Source: an uncultured Clostridium sp.
Lineage (GTDB): Bacteria; Bacillota; Clostridia; TANB77; CAG-508
Assembly: GCA_948467495.1 (NCBI GenBank)
Contig: CAOKEO010000006.1
Coordinates: forward strand, 1 to 58,179
DNA length: 58,179 bases
Reading direction: 5' to 3'
In this document: piece by piece, positions 10,044-21,207 of the stretch
Position numbering within the stretch: position 1 is the stretch's first letter
Layout: every line of letters begins with the position of its first letter
Made by a program: the position numbers and the translations under genes
The notes under the pieces: model-generated
The model's database searches: none
What the model was told of the DNA's origin: nothing
The model's input: the letters and a program-made list of their open reading frames with translations, nothing else

Positions 10044-11345
10044 ATGGATAAAGCAAGAGAAATAGCGTTAAAGGTTCTTTATGAAGTGGACAAAAAGGGA
10101 GCTTATTCTAATATTGCATTAGATGAAGCTTTAAAAAGTGCCAGAAAAAGAAAAGTAGAAATAGATAACAGAGATATAGGGTTTATTTCTGAAATTGTGT
10201 ATGGTACGATTTCCTGGAAATTGACCATAGATGAGATTATAAAGAAGTATTCTAATATTAAAATAAAGAAAATTTCACCTTGGATTTTAAATATTTTAAG
10301 AATGAGTATATATCAAATTTTATTTTTGGATAAAGTTCCTAAATTTGCAGCTGTTAAGGAGGGTGTTAATCTAGCCAAAAGATATGGACATAAAGCAAGT
10401 AGCAATTTTGTGAATGCAATTTTAAGGAAAGTAAAAAAAGAAGATTATGAAGCATTTTTTCAAATAGAGGATGATGTACAAAGAATTTCAAAAACGACTT
10501 CTATGCCTATTTGGATAGTAGAAACGTTGTTAAAAGAAAATACCGTAGAGGAAGTGACAAGGATTTGTGAAAATTCCAATGTAAAACCCAAATTATGTGT
10601 GAGAATAAATACCTTAAAAACAAATTTTGAAAAATTGAAAGAAGAATTACAAGAACAGGAAATATCGATAGAAAAAGCAGAAAGGGAGAATTTTATTTGG
10701 TTACAAGGGGTAAGAAATATAGAAGGATTAAAATCTTTTCAAGAAGGAAAGTTTACAGTGCAAGATGAAGCGGCAGGATATATTCCTAAAATGTTAAATC
10801 CACAACCCCATGAAAAAGTCTTAGATGCTTGTAGCAGTCCAGGTGGAAAAGCTACTTATATGGCAGAATTAATGGAAAACCGAGGAGAAATTAAAGCTTG
10901 GGATTTATATGAACATAGAGTGAATTTAGTGGAAAAGGCTGCCAAACGTTTGGGAATTGATATCATTAAAACAGAAGTGAGAGATGCTAGTGTACAAGAA
11001 AAATGTTATAGAGAATATTTTGACAAAATTTTGTTAGATGTTCCATGCTTAGGGATTGGCGTATTGAAAAGAAAGCCAGATATAAAATGGAAAAGAGAGG
11101 AAGGAGAAATAAAAGAAATAACACAATTACAAGAGAAGATTTTAGAAAATTGTGCAAGTTATTTAAAAACAGATGGGGAATTGGTTTATTCTACCTGTAG
11201 TATTTTAAAAGAAGAAAATGAAGGAATAATTGACAAATTTATGAAAAAGAATCCAAATTTTAAAATAGAAAAAATGATTCAAATCTATCAAAATGAACGA
11301 ACCGATGGCTTTTTTATGGCTAAAGTGAAAAAAATAAAAATATAG
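10044..11345 (+). CDS. rsmB: 16S rRNA m5C967 methyltransferase
   Basis: NusB-like N-terminus, LDACSSPGGK, LDVPC, YSTCS. Confidence 0.93.
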   Translation: MDKAREIALKVLYEVDKKGAYSNIALDEALKSARKRKVEIDNRDIGFISEIVYGTISWKLTIDEIIKKYSNIKIKKISPWILNILRMSIYQILFLDKVPKFAAVKEGVNLAKRYGHKASSNFVNAILRKVKKEDYEAFFQIEDDVQRISKTTSMPIWIVETLLKENTVEEVTRICENSNVKPKLCVRINTLKTNFEKLKEELQEQEISIEKAERENFIWLQGVRNIEGLKSFQEGKFTVQDEAAGYIPKMLNPQPHEKVLDACSSPGGKATYMAELMENRGEIKAWDLYEHRVNLVEKAAKRLGIDIIKTEVRDASVQEKCYREYFDKILLDVPCLGIGVLKRKPDIKWKREEGEIKEITQLQEKILENCASYLKTDGELVYSTCSILKEENEGIIDKFMKKNPNFKIEKMIQIYQNERTDGFFMAKVKKIKI

Positions 11346-11523
11346 TGTTACAAAAATATTACGTTTTCTTTACAAGTCTGTTAAACATATTGACTTTTTG
11401 GCAAATAAAGATAAAATATAAATATATTTGAAGAAATATGTAAAATATTTGCAAAATATTCAAGTATGTATTTTGCAAATTTGTCAAAAATAAAAATATA
11501 TTAATTAAAAAAAGGAGAAAACG

Positions 11524-13140
11524 ATGGCGAATGCAAGTTGCCTAGGGCTATACATTGAACAACATTTAATTAAATATGCAAAAGTTTCAAAAGAGCATAA
11601 CCGAATTAAAGTAGAAGCATTTGGAATTATGTTCTATGACAAAATCGGAGAAGCAATCGACCAAGTTATTCAAGAAACATACAGTCAAAGAACCCCTATT
11701 AGCATTAACTTATCAGGCGAAATGTATAATTATTTCAATATGTTTGCTTTATTGACAAAAAATGACTTACAAAAAGCTCTTACCACTGAATTTGACTCTT
11801 ATTGCTCAGAAGTAGGGTATAATCCTAGTGTATTTGAAACTAGATATGCAGTAGTTGGACCACAAGAAGAAAAAGACAAAATTAGAGTCATTCATGTGGC
11901 AGAAAATAAAATAGAATTAAATAATAGAATGCAACAAATTGCAGGTTATAAACTATCTAATGTATCTCCTATTTCTATGGCAATTCCTAATTTGTTGGAT
12001 GCTAATAAAAATGAAAATGCTATCGTTGTTAATATAGAAGATAGTACTATTGTAACCACTATCCTAGAAAATAAAATTTACAGTGTAGATAAAATAGAAG
12101 AAGGAAGCAAAGACTTTTTAAATAAAATTAATGGCAAAGAAAATTCTTATTTAAAGTCTTATGAAATATGCAAAAACACGACAATATATACATCAGAAGG
12201 AAGAGAATTACAAGAACAAGAAACAGGATATCTAGAAGATATTATGCCAACACTTTACACGATTGTAAGTAAAATAAGAAATATTATTGCCAAAAATGAC
12301 AATAAAATCAAGAAAGTCTATATAACTGGTACAGCAGCATTAATAAATAATATTGATTTGTATTTCCAAGAATATCTAGAAGAGGTGGATTGCGAGTTAT
12401 TAAAGCCTTATTTTATAGAAAGTACAAGAGATATTAGTATCAAAGATTATATGGAAGTCAATTCTGCTATTTCTTTAGGAATGATGGGAATAGGAGAAGG
12501 TATTACAGGTATGAACTTCAGAAGTCAAACCGTAACAGAGAAAATACCAGATTTATTGAAACTAGACATGAATTTAGGAAAATCAGGATACCGCAGTACA
12601 GGACCACTTAGTTGGGATTTAGGACAACCACTTGATAAAATGGAAACTGTTTTTTTAAGAGTGGCAATGGCACTTTTGATGTTGGTTATCTTATATAGTG
12701 GCTTTTCAGGGCTATTAGCCAATCAAATAAAAAGTAAAAAGAAAGAAGCACAAGACTCTATCACATCAACGAAGCAGCAAATTACGCTTGCCACCAATGA
12801 TAGCGAAAAGATGAATAGCAAAATTAATGAATATACCAGTATGTTAAGAAATCTAGAAGAAGCAAATAATAAAGTAACAGACCAAAACAGAACGAGAAAT
12901 GCCATACCAAATTTGTTAAATCAAATCATGTCAATTGTACCAGAAAACGTTCAATTAACATCGATTGAGAACACATCTGGTACACATATCATAATTAATG
13001 CCCAATCTAATAAATATGAGCAATTGGGATATTTGAAAGCGAAAATAAAGACAGACGTTATTTTAACAAATGTTATTTCAACAGCTGGTGAAAAAGACAA
13101 TAATGTGGTTACTGTAAAAATAGAAGGAGATTTGCCATGA
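11524..13140 (+). CDS. Type IV pilus assembly protein, PilM-like domain fused to PilN-like C-terminus
   Basis: Actin-like motifs (LGLYI, VVNIE, VYITG), then TM, coiled coil and IVPENVQLTSI; first gene of pilus cluster. Confidence 0.7.
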   Translation: MANASCLGLYIEQHLIKYAKVSKEHNRIKVEAFGIMFYDKIGEAIDQVIQETYSQRTPISINLSGEMYNYFNMFALLTKNDLQKALTTEFDSYCSEVGYNPSVFETRYAVVGPQEEKDKIRVIHVAENKIELNNRMQQIAGYKLSNVSPISMAIPNLLDANKNENAIVVNIEDSTIVTTILENKIYSVDKIEEGSKDFLNKINGKENSYLKSYEICKNTTIYTSEGRELQEQETGYLEDIMPTLYTIVSKIRNIIAKNDNKIKKVYITGTAALINNIDLYFQEYLEEVDCELLKPYFIESTRDISIKDYMEVNSAISLGMMGIGEGITGMNFRSQTVTEKIPDLLKLDMNLGKSGYRSTGPLSWDLGQPLDKMETVFLRVAMALLMLVILYSGFSGLLANQIKSKKKEAQDSITSTKQQITLATNDSEKMNSKINEYTSMLRNLEEANNKVTDQNRTRNAIPNLLNQIMSIVPENVQLTSIENTSGTHIIINAQSNKYEQLGYLKAKIKTDVILTNVISTAGEKDNNVVTVKIEGDLP

Positions 13141-13868
13141 AAAAATTATTAATGCTAATTCTTATTGGATTATTATTGGCACTTTCTATCTATATTGGCT
13201 TCAATGGATTTGAAGTTGGCAATATAGAAGTACTTAGTTATAAAGGAATACAAAGGAAAAATAAAGAATTAGACGAAAAGATACAAGAATCTAGTAAATT
13301 GGCAGAAAAAGATTACAGACAAATACTAAGTACAGTTGAAGAAAGCAGTAAAAAACTAGCACAAGCCAAGAATGACTATGAAGATATGACAGCAGTAAGT
13401 TCAGAAGGAGATGTACAGGCAGCTAGTCAAATTGAAAGATATGAGGTAGAAACTTTATGGGTAAAACTAGGAAATTATGCAACAAGTGAAGGTGCTATTA
13501 TGAAGATGGACATTGTTCAGGGAAGTGACAACAATACCTATAATTTGAAGTTCACAGTAAATGGAAGTTATATTTCCATCACAGATTTTATATCAGACAT
13601 TGAAAACGATAGTACATTAGGATTTGAAATAGAAGAATTTAAAATGATTCCATCTAGTTCAAACAATGATTTACAAGCAACATTTGTATGTAAAGATATT
13701 TCGATTAAAGATGTATTACAAACCAACCAATCCAATACACAACCAGAAGAAAATCAAAACGATAATAGTACAACCAACAATACCAATACGACGAATACCA
13801 CAAATACTACAAATGTAAATAATCAGACAAGTTTAAACAATACCAATACAATGTTAAATGCACAGTAA
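13137..13868 (+). CDS. PilO-like pilus assembly protein
   Basis: N-terminal TM, coiled coil, VNGSYISITDFISDIEN; Asn/Thr-rich tail. Confidence 0.65.
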   Translation: MKKLLMLILIGLLLALSIYIGFNGFEVGNIEVLSYKGIQRKNKELDEKIQESSKLAEKDYRQILSTVEESSKKLAQAKNDYEDMTAVSSEGDVQAASQIERYEVETLWVKLGNYATSEGAIMKMDIVQGSDNNTYNLKFTVNGSYISITDFISDIENDSTLGFEIEEFKMIPSSSNNDLQATFVCKDISIKDVLQTNQSNTQPEENQNDNSTTNNTNTTNTTNTTNVNNQTSLNNTNTMLNAQ

Positions 13869-13886
13869 ATGATAAAGGGGTAAAAT

Positions 13887-14450
13887 ATGGTTAAATCAAT
13901 GATAAAAGAAATAATTATTATGTTATTAATATGTTTGGCAATTATCTTGCTACTGGGAATTTTGTTGTATGAATATGTTCCTATGACAAAGACAATTCCA
14001 AATCCAGTATCTTATACAACACCAAGTAATGTCAAGCAAGAATTAGCCAATAGTGCAGATATAGATGAAAGTGAAATTATTATGACATATGAAGTAGACA
14101 CTACTGATTTAAACAATTATGCAACCATCAATGATTACAAGCCAGGAAAGGCAAATCCATTTTCATCTTATGAAAGCACAGAAACAACGAGTGGAACGAA
14201 TACAACAACAGGAAATTCATCTACGAGACAAGAACCAGTAGGTACAACAGGAACGACAGGGACAACAGCTGATACAACAACTGGAACTACAACCAATATA
14301 GGTACAGGTACACCAAATAACAATACAAATAGTGTGCCAGAAACACCAACCATTCAAAATCCACCAACGGTTACACAGGCAAATACAGAAGTAAATAATA
14401 CAACAACTACATCAGGAGGACAGTTTTTCCAAGATAAAGGAACAAAATAA
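13887..14450 (+). CDS. Membrane-anchored Thr-rich pilus-cluster protein
   Basis: N-terminal TM, GKANPF motif, low-complexity tail. Confidence 0.6.
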   Translation: MVKSMIKEIIIMLLICLAIILLLGILLYEYVPMTKTIPNPVSYTTPSNVKQELANSADIDESEIIMTYEVDTTDLNNYATINDYKPGKANPFSSYESTETTSGTNTTTGNSSTRQEPVGTTGTTGTTADTTTGTTTNIGTGTPNNNTNSVPETPTIQNPPTVTQANTEVNNTTTTSGGQFFQDKGTK

Positions 14451-14524
14451 TTAGTTATTAAAGTTATATGAAGTGTTCATATAAATCAAGATACAATAAA
14501 AAATTGAAGAAGGAGGAAAAAAGA

Positions 14525-15106
14525 ATGAGAAATCAAAAAGGTATTACCTTAATTGCGTTAGTAATTACCATTATCGTATTATTAATTTTAGCAGGGGTGG
14601 CTATTGCTATGCTAACTGGTGATAATGGAATCATAACCAATGCACAAGCTTCTAGATCCAATACAGCCTATAGAGAAGCTGACGAACAAATGAGACTTGC
14701 TTATATGGCAGTAAGAACGGAAATTGCTGCAAGATTAGCAAATGATACAGCTTATGATGCTTATGCCCCTGATAATGCTCAAAAACTTAAAGATATGGTT
14801 AATAATGATTTAATTGGCTTTGAAGGTAACAATTCTAAGTGGACTGTTAATTTGGAAATGTCTGAGGATGGAACCAAAGCTACTAGAATTTTTATGAAAT
14901 GCGAAGCAGCAGCTATACTTAAAGCAACAGAAAAAAAAGAAGAACCAGTTAAACCATCAACAGATGGAAAAGTCTGTGGAGAAATTGTTCTTGAAGAACG
15001 TACTGCTAAATATCAGTTTGACATAGAAGATGCAACAGAAGTAAATCCAGATGATACAAATACGAATACTACAGATGAAGATACGAATACTACAGTAGGA
15101 GACTAA
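14525..15106 (+). CDS. Type IV pilin-like protein (probable major pilin)
   Basis: AGGAGG RBS; MRNQKG|ITLIALVITIIVLLILAGVAI class III signal; terminator follows. Confidence 0.85.
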   Translation: MRNQKGITLIALVITIIVLLILAGVAIAMLTGDNGIITNAQASRSNTAYREADEQMRLAYMAVRTEIAARLANDTAYDAYAPDNAQKLKDMVNNDLIGFEGNNSKWTVNLEMSEDGTKATRIFMKCEAAAILKATEKKEEPVKPSTDGKVCGEIVLEERTAKYQFDIEDATEVNPDDTNTNTTDEDTNTTVGD

Positions 15107-15125
15107 AGTAACTAAAAAGATAAAT

Positions 15126-15155
15126 CAGCCATACGCACACAAAGTGTGTATGGCT
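15126..15155 (+). terminator. Hairpin after pilin gene
   Basis: AGCCATACGCAC/GTGTGTATGGCT stem. Confidence 0.55.
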
Positions 15156-15186
15156 AGATTTAAAAATAAGACGAAAAGGAAAAAAG

Positions 15187-16015
15187 ATGAATATATTTTT
15201 TTACTTATTATTATTTGTAATTGGGACATTATTCGGAAGCTTTTATACATTAGCAGTGTACCGAATTCCCAAAAGACAAGATATTGTACATACCCATTCT
15301 TACTGCCCTAATTGTAATCATAAATTGGGTTTTTTAGACTTAATTCCGATTATAAGTTATCTATTTTTGAGAGGGAAATGCAAATATTGCAAGGAAAAAA
15401 TAAGGATAAGATATTTGATATTAGAAGTACTATCAGGAAGCTTATTTGTGTTAATCGCTTATTTGTTTGAACTTAAAATAGAAACCATAAACATTACCCA
15501 AATAGCAGAATATAGTTTTATGGTATTATATGTAACATTTATCATACTAGTTTGTCGGAATTGATAAAGAAAATAGGAAGATAGATAAATTGGTATCAAT
15601 TTATGGGGTTGTGATATCTATTATGTATATGGTATATCTATGCATAGTAGAACAAACTAATATTTATAGATATGGTATATATTTAATTTTGTACATAATT
15701 ATTTTAGTGTTAGATACAATATTATTGAAGAAATACGCTCAAAATAGTTATGTCATAGGAATCTTACTGATGATGATGGTTATGGTGATTTTTACAGGAG
15801 AAGTTATAATGCGAAATACAATCATAGCAACTCTTTTAGGTATCTTCTTTTATCTATTCCTTTTTCAAATAAAACAAAGAAAAAGGAAAAACAAGAAATC
15901 TGATAAACAAATTGCGACTGAATTAAGAATTGGATTTTTCTTAGGTGCATTTCATATTATGTTATTAATATTAGGTGGTCTTGTTCATATTGTACAAGAA
16001 TGGAGAGGTTTTTGA
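15187..16015 (+). CDS. pilD: Prepilin peptidase-like protein, joined by +1 shift at CGGA 15556-15559 (275 aa)
   Basis: GSF..R.P, CPNC/CKYC Zn motifs; LVC-[CGGA]-IDKENRKID restores the ID motif region. Confidence 0.8.
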
Positions 16016-16031
16016 AAGGATGGAAGTTAAA

Positions 16032-16427
16032 ATGAAAAGTGAAAAAGGATATGCAGGTGTTGACATTGCGATATCAATTCTCGTATTGTTTCTATTTGTA
16101 TCACTGATAGCTACTTTATCTTATCAAGCCAATAGTTCTTCCAAAGAAATAGAATTAAAATCAAAAGCAACTCAAATTGCTGTAACAGAAATTGAATTGT
16201 TAAAAAATAAAACATGGAATGATATTACAACAGAAGATATTACGTATCGAGAAACAACAGAAATAGAAGAAGGGTATTTCAGAACCATTCAGGTGCAAGA
16301 TTATCATGAATTGGATGACACTAAAAATATAGATATTGTAAAGAAAATAACGGTACAAATTGAATATCGTTTTAAAGGAAAAACGGAAACAGTAAAACTT
16401 TCTACAATGATAGCAAAGGAGAGTTAA
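16032..16427 (+). CDS. Minor pilin-like protein
   Basis: MKSEKG|YAGVDIAISILVLFLF. Confidence 0.75.
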   Translation: MKSEKGYAGVDIAISILVLFLFVSLIATLSYQANSSSKEIELKSKATQIAVTEIELLKNKTWNDITTEDITYRETTEIEEGYFRTIQVQDYHELDDTKNIDIVKKITVQIEYRFKGKTETVKLSTMIAKES

Positions 16428-16428
16428 A

Positions 16429-16851
16429 ATGAAATCACAAAAAGGTGTTACACTTATTTCATTGACGGTATATATTATTGTTATGGTAATTATGGTGGCA
16501 GTAGTAGCAGTTATCAGTACGTATTTTTATACCAATACCGATTCCGTGACACAAACCATACATCCATTAGCAGAATATACAAAATTCAATAGTTTTTTTA
16601 CAGAGGAAATGAATCACAACAACTTAAAAATTTTAGCTTGTGAAGAAAATTATATTGTGTTTGATAATGGAGTACAATACACTTATGTACCAGAAAATAA
16701 AGGAATTTACAGAAATAAAGTAAAAATAAGTAGAGAGGTAGAAAAATGTACCTTTGAAAATAAGATAAAAAATGGTAAAAATGTAGTAACTATTCATATA
16801 AAAATAGCTAAAGCAGAGGAAAAAAGTGTAGATTATACACTAAAGAATTAG
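16429..16851 (+). CDS. Minor pilin-like protein
   Basis: MKSQKG|VTLISLTVYIIVMVIM. Confidence 0.8.
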   Translation: MKSQKGVTLISLTVYIIVMVIMVAVVAVISTYFYTNTDSVTQTIHPLAEYTKFNSFFTEEMNHNNLKILACEENYIVFDNGVQYTYVPENKGIYRNKVKISREVEKCTFENKIKNGKNVVTIHIKIAKAEEKSVDYTLKN

Positions 16852-16941
16852 TAAATTTTTGTAATTTTTTGGAACATAACAAAAACCAGGAAAGTTATAG
16901 TATAATAAAGTAGAGTGATACAAAAGAAAGGACGGATTGCG

Positions 16942-18585
16942 ATGGAGACAAGAAGAAGACAACCAATAGGAGTAGAATTGGTAAAAAGGGGAGTTGTAAA
17001 GGAAAAAGATATAGAAAATGCTTTACAATATCAAAAAGAACATCCAGATAAAAAGTTAGGTGATATTTTGTACCATCTAGATGTTTGTGAGCCTAATTTA
17101 TTAATAGAAACAATTGGAGATATATTAGGAGAAAAAGGGATTCTTTTAGTAGGAAATAATAATATAAAAGTTAAATTAACAGATTATTTTTCCTTTGAGG
17201 TTGCCAAAAGAAATAAAGCAATTCCTTTTGAGGTAGCATCTGGAAGAATTAAAGTATGTTTTGCTAACACCTCTAATACGAAAAAAATGAATGATATTAA
17301 AATGTTATTATTAAATAAAGGACTAGTCATGGAAACTTATATTACTTTTGAAAGTGATATAAATAAAATATTAAAATCCATGGAAGGGCAGATATCAAAT
17401 AATTTTGAAGTTAGTTCAGGTGATAATGATACAGCTGTTAATTTAGTAGATAGCATTATTAAAACAGGAATTAAAAGAAGAGCAAGTGATATACACATTG
17501 AACCAATGGCAAATGAAATTAGAGTAAGATATAGAATTGACAGTGAATTATTTACAGCAGCTAAAATTAAAAAAGAAAAGCAACAACACATCATTGGAAG
17601 ACTGAAAGCAATTTCCAATATGCATCAAGAAAAACAAGAATCACAAGATGGTAGAATTTTATTATATGAGAATTACAATATCCGTGTATCTTCTCAACCT
17701 AATATACACGGTGAAAAGTTTGTTTTAAGATTACTGAAAAAAGATACTAGTATAAAAGATATATTTGAATTAGGTTTTCCAGGAACAGAACAAGAATTGG
17801 AGCAAACCATCCATAAAAAGAATAGTATAACAATTATAGCAGGACCAACAGGGGAAGGAAAAACGACAACATTATATAGTATTATGGATCGTTTAGATAG
17901 ACCAGAGATTAATATTACTACAATTGAAGACCCAGTAGAAATTAGAATACCAGGCTTAAATCAAATTGAAATTGATGAAAATAAATCATCTTTTTCAGGA
18001 ACTCTTAGAAATGTTTTAAGACAAGATCCTGACATTATTTTGGTAGGAGAAATAAGAGATAGAGAAACGGGAGAGATAGCCATTCAAGCAGGACAAACTG
18101 GTCATTACGTATTATCTACCATACACACCATAGATAGTATAGAGGTCATTACAAGATTAAGAAAGTTAGGACTTTCTGATTATGATATTGCTAGTACATT
18201 AGCTACTTCTATTTCCCAAAGATTAATAAGAAGAATATGTCCTCAATGTAAGCAAGAAAGAAAATTTACAGACAGAGAGAAGAAAATTATAACACAAATT
18301 GGTGAAAAATATAATGTTAAATTTGATGTCAATGGCATAACTTATGATACACCAGGATGTAAATATTGTAACAACACTGGATATTATGATAGGATTGGAA
18401 TTTTTGAAGTTTTAAATTTAACAGATGAAATAAAAGAAGCAATTATGACAGGAAAATCAAGTTTAGAAATTCGAAAAATAGCATTGGAACAATTTTATGA
18501 ACCATTAGTAGTAGATGGAATTCGAAAAATTGTGAATGGATATACAACTTTGGAAGAATTAAATAAAAAACTACTAATCTATTAA
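16942..18585 (+). CDS. pilB: Type IV pilus assembly ATPase (GspE/PilB family)
   Basis: ASDIHIEP, GPTGEGKTTT, TIEDPVE, LRQDPD, CxxC pairs. Confidence 0.92.
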   Translation: METRRRQPIGVELVKRGVVKEKDIENALQYQKEHPDKKLGDILYHLDVCEPNLLIETIGDILGEKGILLVGNNNIKVKLTDYFSFEVAKRNKAIPFEVASGRIKVCFANTSNTKKMNDIKMLLLNKGLVMETYITFESDINKILKSMEGQISNNFEVSSGDNDTAVNLVDSIIKTGIKRRASDIHIEPMANEIRVRYRIDSELFTAAKIKKEKQQHIIGRLKAISNMHQEKQESQDGRILLYENYNIRVSSQPNIHGEKFVLRLLKKDTSIKDIFELGFPGTEQELEQTIHKKNSITIIAGPTGEGKTTTLYSIMDRLDRPEINITTIEDPVEIRIPGLNQIEIDENKSSFSGTLRNVLRQDPDIILVGEIRDRETGEIAIQAGQTGHYVLSTIHTIDSIEVITRLRKLGLSDYDIASTLATSISQRLIRRICPQCKQERKFTDREKKIITQIGEKYNVKFDVNGITYDTPGCKYCNNTGYYDRIGIFEVLNLTDEIKEAIMTGKSSLEIRKIALEQFYEPLVVDGIRKIVNGYTTLEELNKKLLIY

Positions 18586-18601
18586 GAATAAGGAGGATAT
18601 T

Positions 18602-19708
18602 ATGAATCTAAATAAAATATTAGACGAAGCGATGGAGTTGGATGCTTCTGATATACATTTAATTTGTGATAATAAACCAATGCTTCGAATTGGAAGAAAA
18701 CTGGTACCTGTGTCAGATAGTGAAATTTTAACACCAGATGATATGTCTGAATTGTATGATTATTTAATCAAAGGTAATATTGATAGAGATGAGGTGTTTA
18801 ATCGAACTCGAAAGTTAGATATATCTTATGAATATAAAGATATTCGTTTGAGAGTTAATATCTCGTTATCAGATGATATTCCAACATGTTCTTTGCGATT
18901 AATACGAAACGAGCTACCAACTTATGAATCACTTGGAGTACCAGATATTGTAAGAAGAATGACTTATCAAACACAAGGATTAATACTAGTTACAGGTAAA
19001 ACTAATTCAGGAAAAACAACAACTTTAAATTCTCTTATTAATTATATTAATGAAAATCAAAATAAAAAAATAATAACATTAGAAAATCCAATTGAATATA
19101 AACATGAATCAAAAAAATCTTTAATTGTACAAAAAGAAGTTGGAAATGGAAAAGATACTTTAACTTTTAGTGAAGGAGTACAAAATTCATTAAGGGAAGA
19201 TAGCGATATATTAGTGATAGGAGAAATTCGTGATAAAGAGACGATGGAAGCAGCAATTGAAACAGCGGAATCAGGTCATTTAGTAATTGGAACTTTGCAT
19301 ACTAAATCATGTGCAGAAACCATTGATAGAATGATAAATTTTTATGAAGTAAGAGACCAAAGGACGGTAAAATATTTATTATCAGCTCTGTTAAAATTAG
19401 TAATATCACAAAGGTTGTTACCAGGTACAGATGATAAATTAGTTTTAGTACCAGAAGTTATGGTAGTAGATAATGTGGTATCAGGCATTATTCGTAAAGA
19501 TAAATTAAGCGTATCTGAAATTGAAGATGCCATACAAAGTAATGCTGAAAAAGGAAGTATAGGTTTAATTAATTCTTTAGCAGAACTTTTTGTACAAGAT
19601 AAGATTACATTAGACCAAGCAAAAGCACAAATTGAAGAAAAGAACTTGGAAAGATTAAATAGAACGATTATGCAATTAAGAATTAAGCGTGACAGACAAG
19701 CAAGATAG
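18602..19708 (+). CDS. pilT: PilT/PilU-family retraction ATPase
   Basis: ASDIHL, TGKTNSGKTTT, GEIRD, GHLVIGTLH. Confidence 0.85.
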   Translation: MNLNKILDEAMELDASDIHLICDNKPMLRIGRKLVPVSDSEILTPDDMSELYDYLIKGNIDRDEVFNRTRKLDISYEYKDIRLRVNISLSDDIPTCSLRLIRNELPTYESLGVPDIVRRMTYQTQGLILVTGKTNSGKTTTLNSLINYINENQNKKIITLENPIEYKHESKKSLIVQKEVGNGKDTLTFSEGVQNSLREDSDILVIGEIRDKETMEAAIETAESGHLVIGTLHTKSCAETIDRMINFYEVRDQRTVKYLLSALLKLVISQRLLPGTDDKLVLVPEVMVVDNVVSGIIRKDKLSVSEIEDAIQSNAEKGSIGLINSLAELFVQDKITLDQAKAQIEEKNLERLNRTIMQLRIKRDRQAR

Positions 19709-19720
19709 GAGGACAAATTC

Positions 19721-21067
19721 ATGCCAGTATATATGTATAAAGCTGTAACAAAATCAGGGGTTGTTGTAAGAAATAAAGTGGAATCGTCTAGCAAAGAAAA
19801 TTTGATGCAATCTATTAAAAATGGCGATTTAGTACCAATTTCCATTGAAGAGATTTCGGAACGTTCCCAAAAAGCTTTCAAAAAGAGAAAAAGAAATGTT
19901 ACAGATATACGAGAAATCATTAAAGATGTCAATACAACTCAATTAGGAAGTAACCAAAAAACATTGACAACAAAGGAAAAAATTAATTTATACTTTGCTA
20001 AAACAGAAAAGATAACACAAAGAGATTTGGTGGTATTTACTCAAAATTTCTATTTGTTAAAAAAGGCAAACTTTAATAATGTTCATGCCTTGGATACGAT
20101 TATTCAAAGTACTGATAATTTTTCTTTTAAAGAAATATTAAAAGACATTTTGGCTGGTGTAGAAGCTGGTGAAAATATGTACACAACGATGGAATATTAT
20201 TCTGATGTGTTTCCTTATATTTATATTAATATGATAAAAGTAGGAGAATTATCAGGAGCACTTACTAAATCCTTGGAACAAGCTGTAAATTATTTAGACC
20301 AAACAGAAGCTTTAAATAGAAAATTAAAATCTATTTTGATTCCAAATATTATACAATTTGTTTTGTTAATTGTAATGTTAGTAGTGGGAACTTTATATGC
20401 CATTCCAGCGATACAAGGTGTATTTGATGAATTAGGAACCGAAGAAACCTTACCAGCAATTACCATATGGTTTTCAAACTTTATTAATACTATCATAAAG
20501 TATTGGTATATTCCAACTTTTCTTCTAATGGGAGGAATAGTAGCTATTATTTTTTATGTTAGAACACCAAAAGGAAAATATAATTTTGATGAGTTTAAAT
20601 ATAAGATGCCGATTTTTGGGGAATTGATATTTGCCATAGATTTTTCAAGATTAATGAAGGCTATGCTTTTGAATTTAAGAAATGGGATGAGAATTCAAGA
20701 ATCGTTAGAGGTTAGCAAAAATATCATTAAAAATTTAATTATGCTGTCTATTATAGAAAACGCAATCAATAACTTGGTAACTGGTTCTTCTTGGATTGAG
20801 CCATTTGAAAAATCTGGCTTTGCCAGTCCTATGATTACTGAAATGTTGAATATAGGAATGAAGACAGATTTGGCTGAAATGATGGATAAATTAGTAGAGT
20901 ATATGGAAATTGATATAGATAATATTATGACAAAAGTAATGAAAGCATTACCACAAATAGTTTATGCTATTGTTGGAGTAGTGTTAATATTCTTTGTACT
21001 AGTGGTGTTAGTACCATGTGTTCAAGTATATATGGGAAACTTCTTAATCTCTGCATATGGTGTTTAA
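19721..21067 (+). CDS. pilC: Type IV pilus platform protein (GspF/PilC)
   Basis: MPVYMYKA, MIKVGELSGAL, three TM segments. Confidence 0.9.
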   Translation: MPVYMYKAVTKSGVVVRNKVESSSKENLMQSIKNGDLVPISIEEISERSQKAFKKRKRNVTDIREIIKDVNTTQLGSNQKTLTTKEKINLYFAKTEKITQRDLVVFTQNFYLLKKANFNNVHALDTIIQSTDNFSFKEILKDILAGVEAGENMYTTMEYYSDVFPYIYINMIKVGELSGALTKSLEQAVNYLDQTEALNRKLKSILIPNIIQFVLLIVMLVVGTLYAIPAIQGVFDELGTEETLPAITIWFSNFINTIIKYWYIPTFLLMGGIVAIIFYVRTPKGKYNFDEFKYKMPIFGELIFAIDFSRLMKAMLLNLRNGMRIQESLEVSKNIIKNLIMLSIIENAINNLVTGSSWIEPFEKSGFASPMITEMLNIGMKTDLAEMMDKLVEYMEIDIDNIMTKVMKALPQIVYAIVGVVLIFFVLVVLVPCVQVYMGNFLISAYGV

Positions 21068-21207
21068 AAAAATGTCGCATAGGATGTCCTTTGCGATATT
21101 TTTGTAAAGAAAAAGACATTTTAATATTAAAATTATTATTTGATTTTTAAACTAAGTAAAAATGTTGCAAAGGAATGTTTCCATGTGATAAGAAAGGAAG
21201 CGATAGA

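Noticed and set aside
13750-15100. Asn/Thr-rich short repeats in pilus genes
   Set aside because: Low-complexity protein linkers, not independent DNA elements
16915-16941. In-frame CGG in the 5' extension of the pilB ORF
   Set aside because: Lies in the RBS spacer upstream of the likely ATG at 16942, so probably not translated
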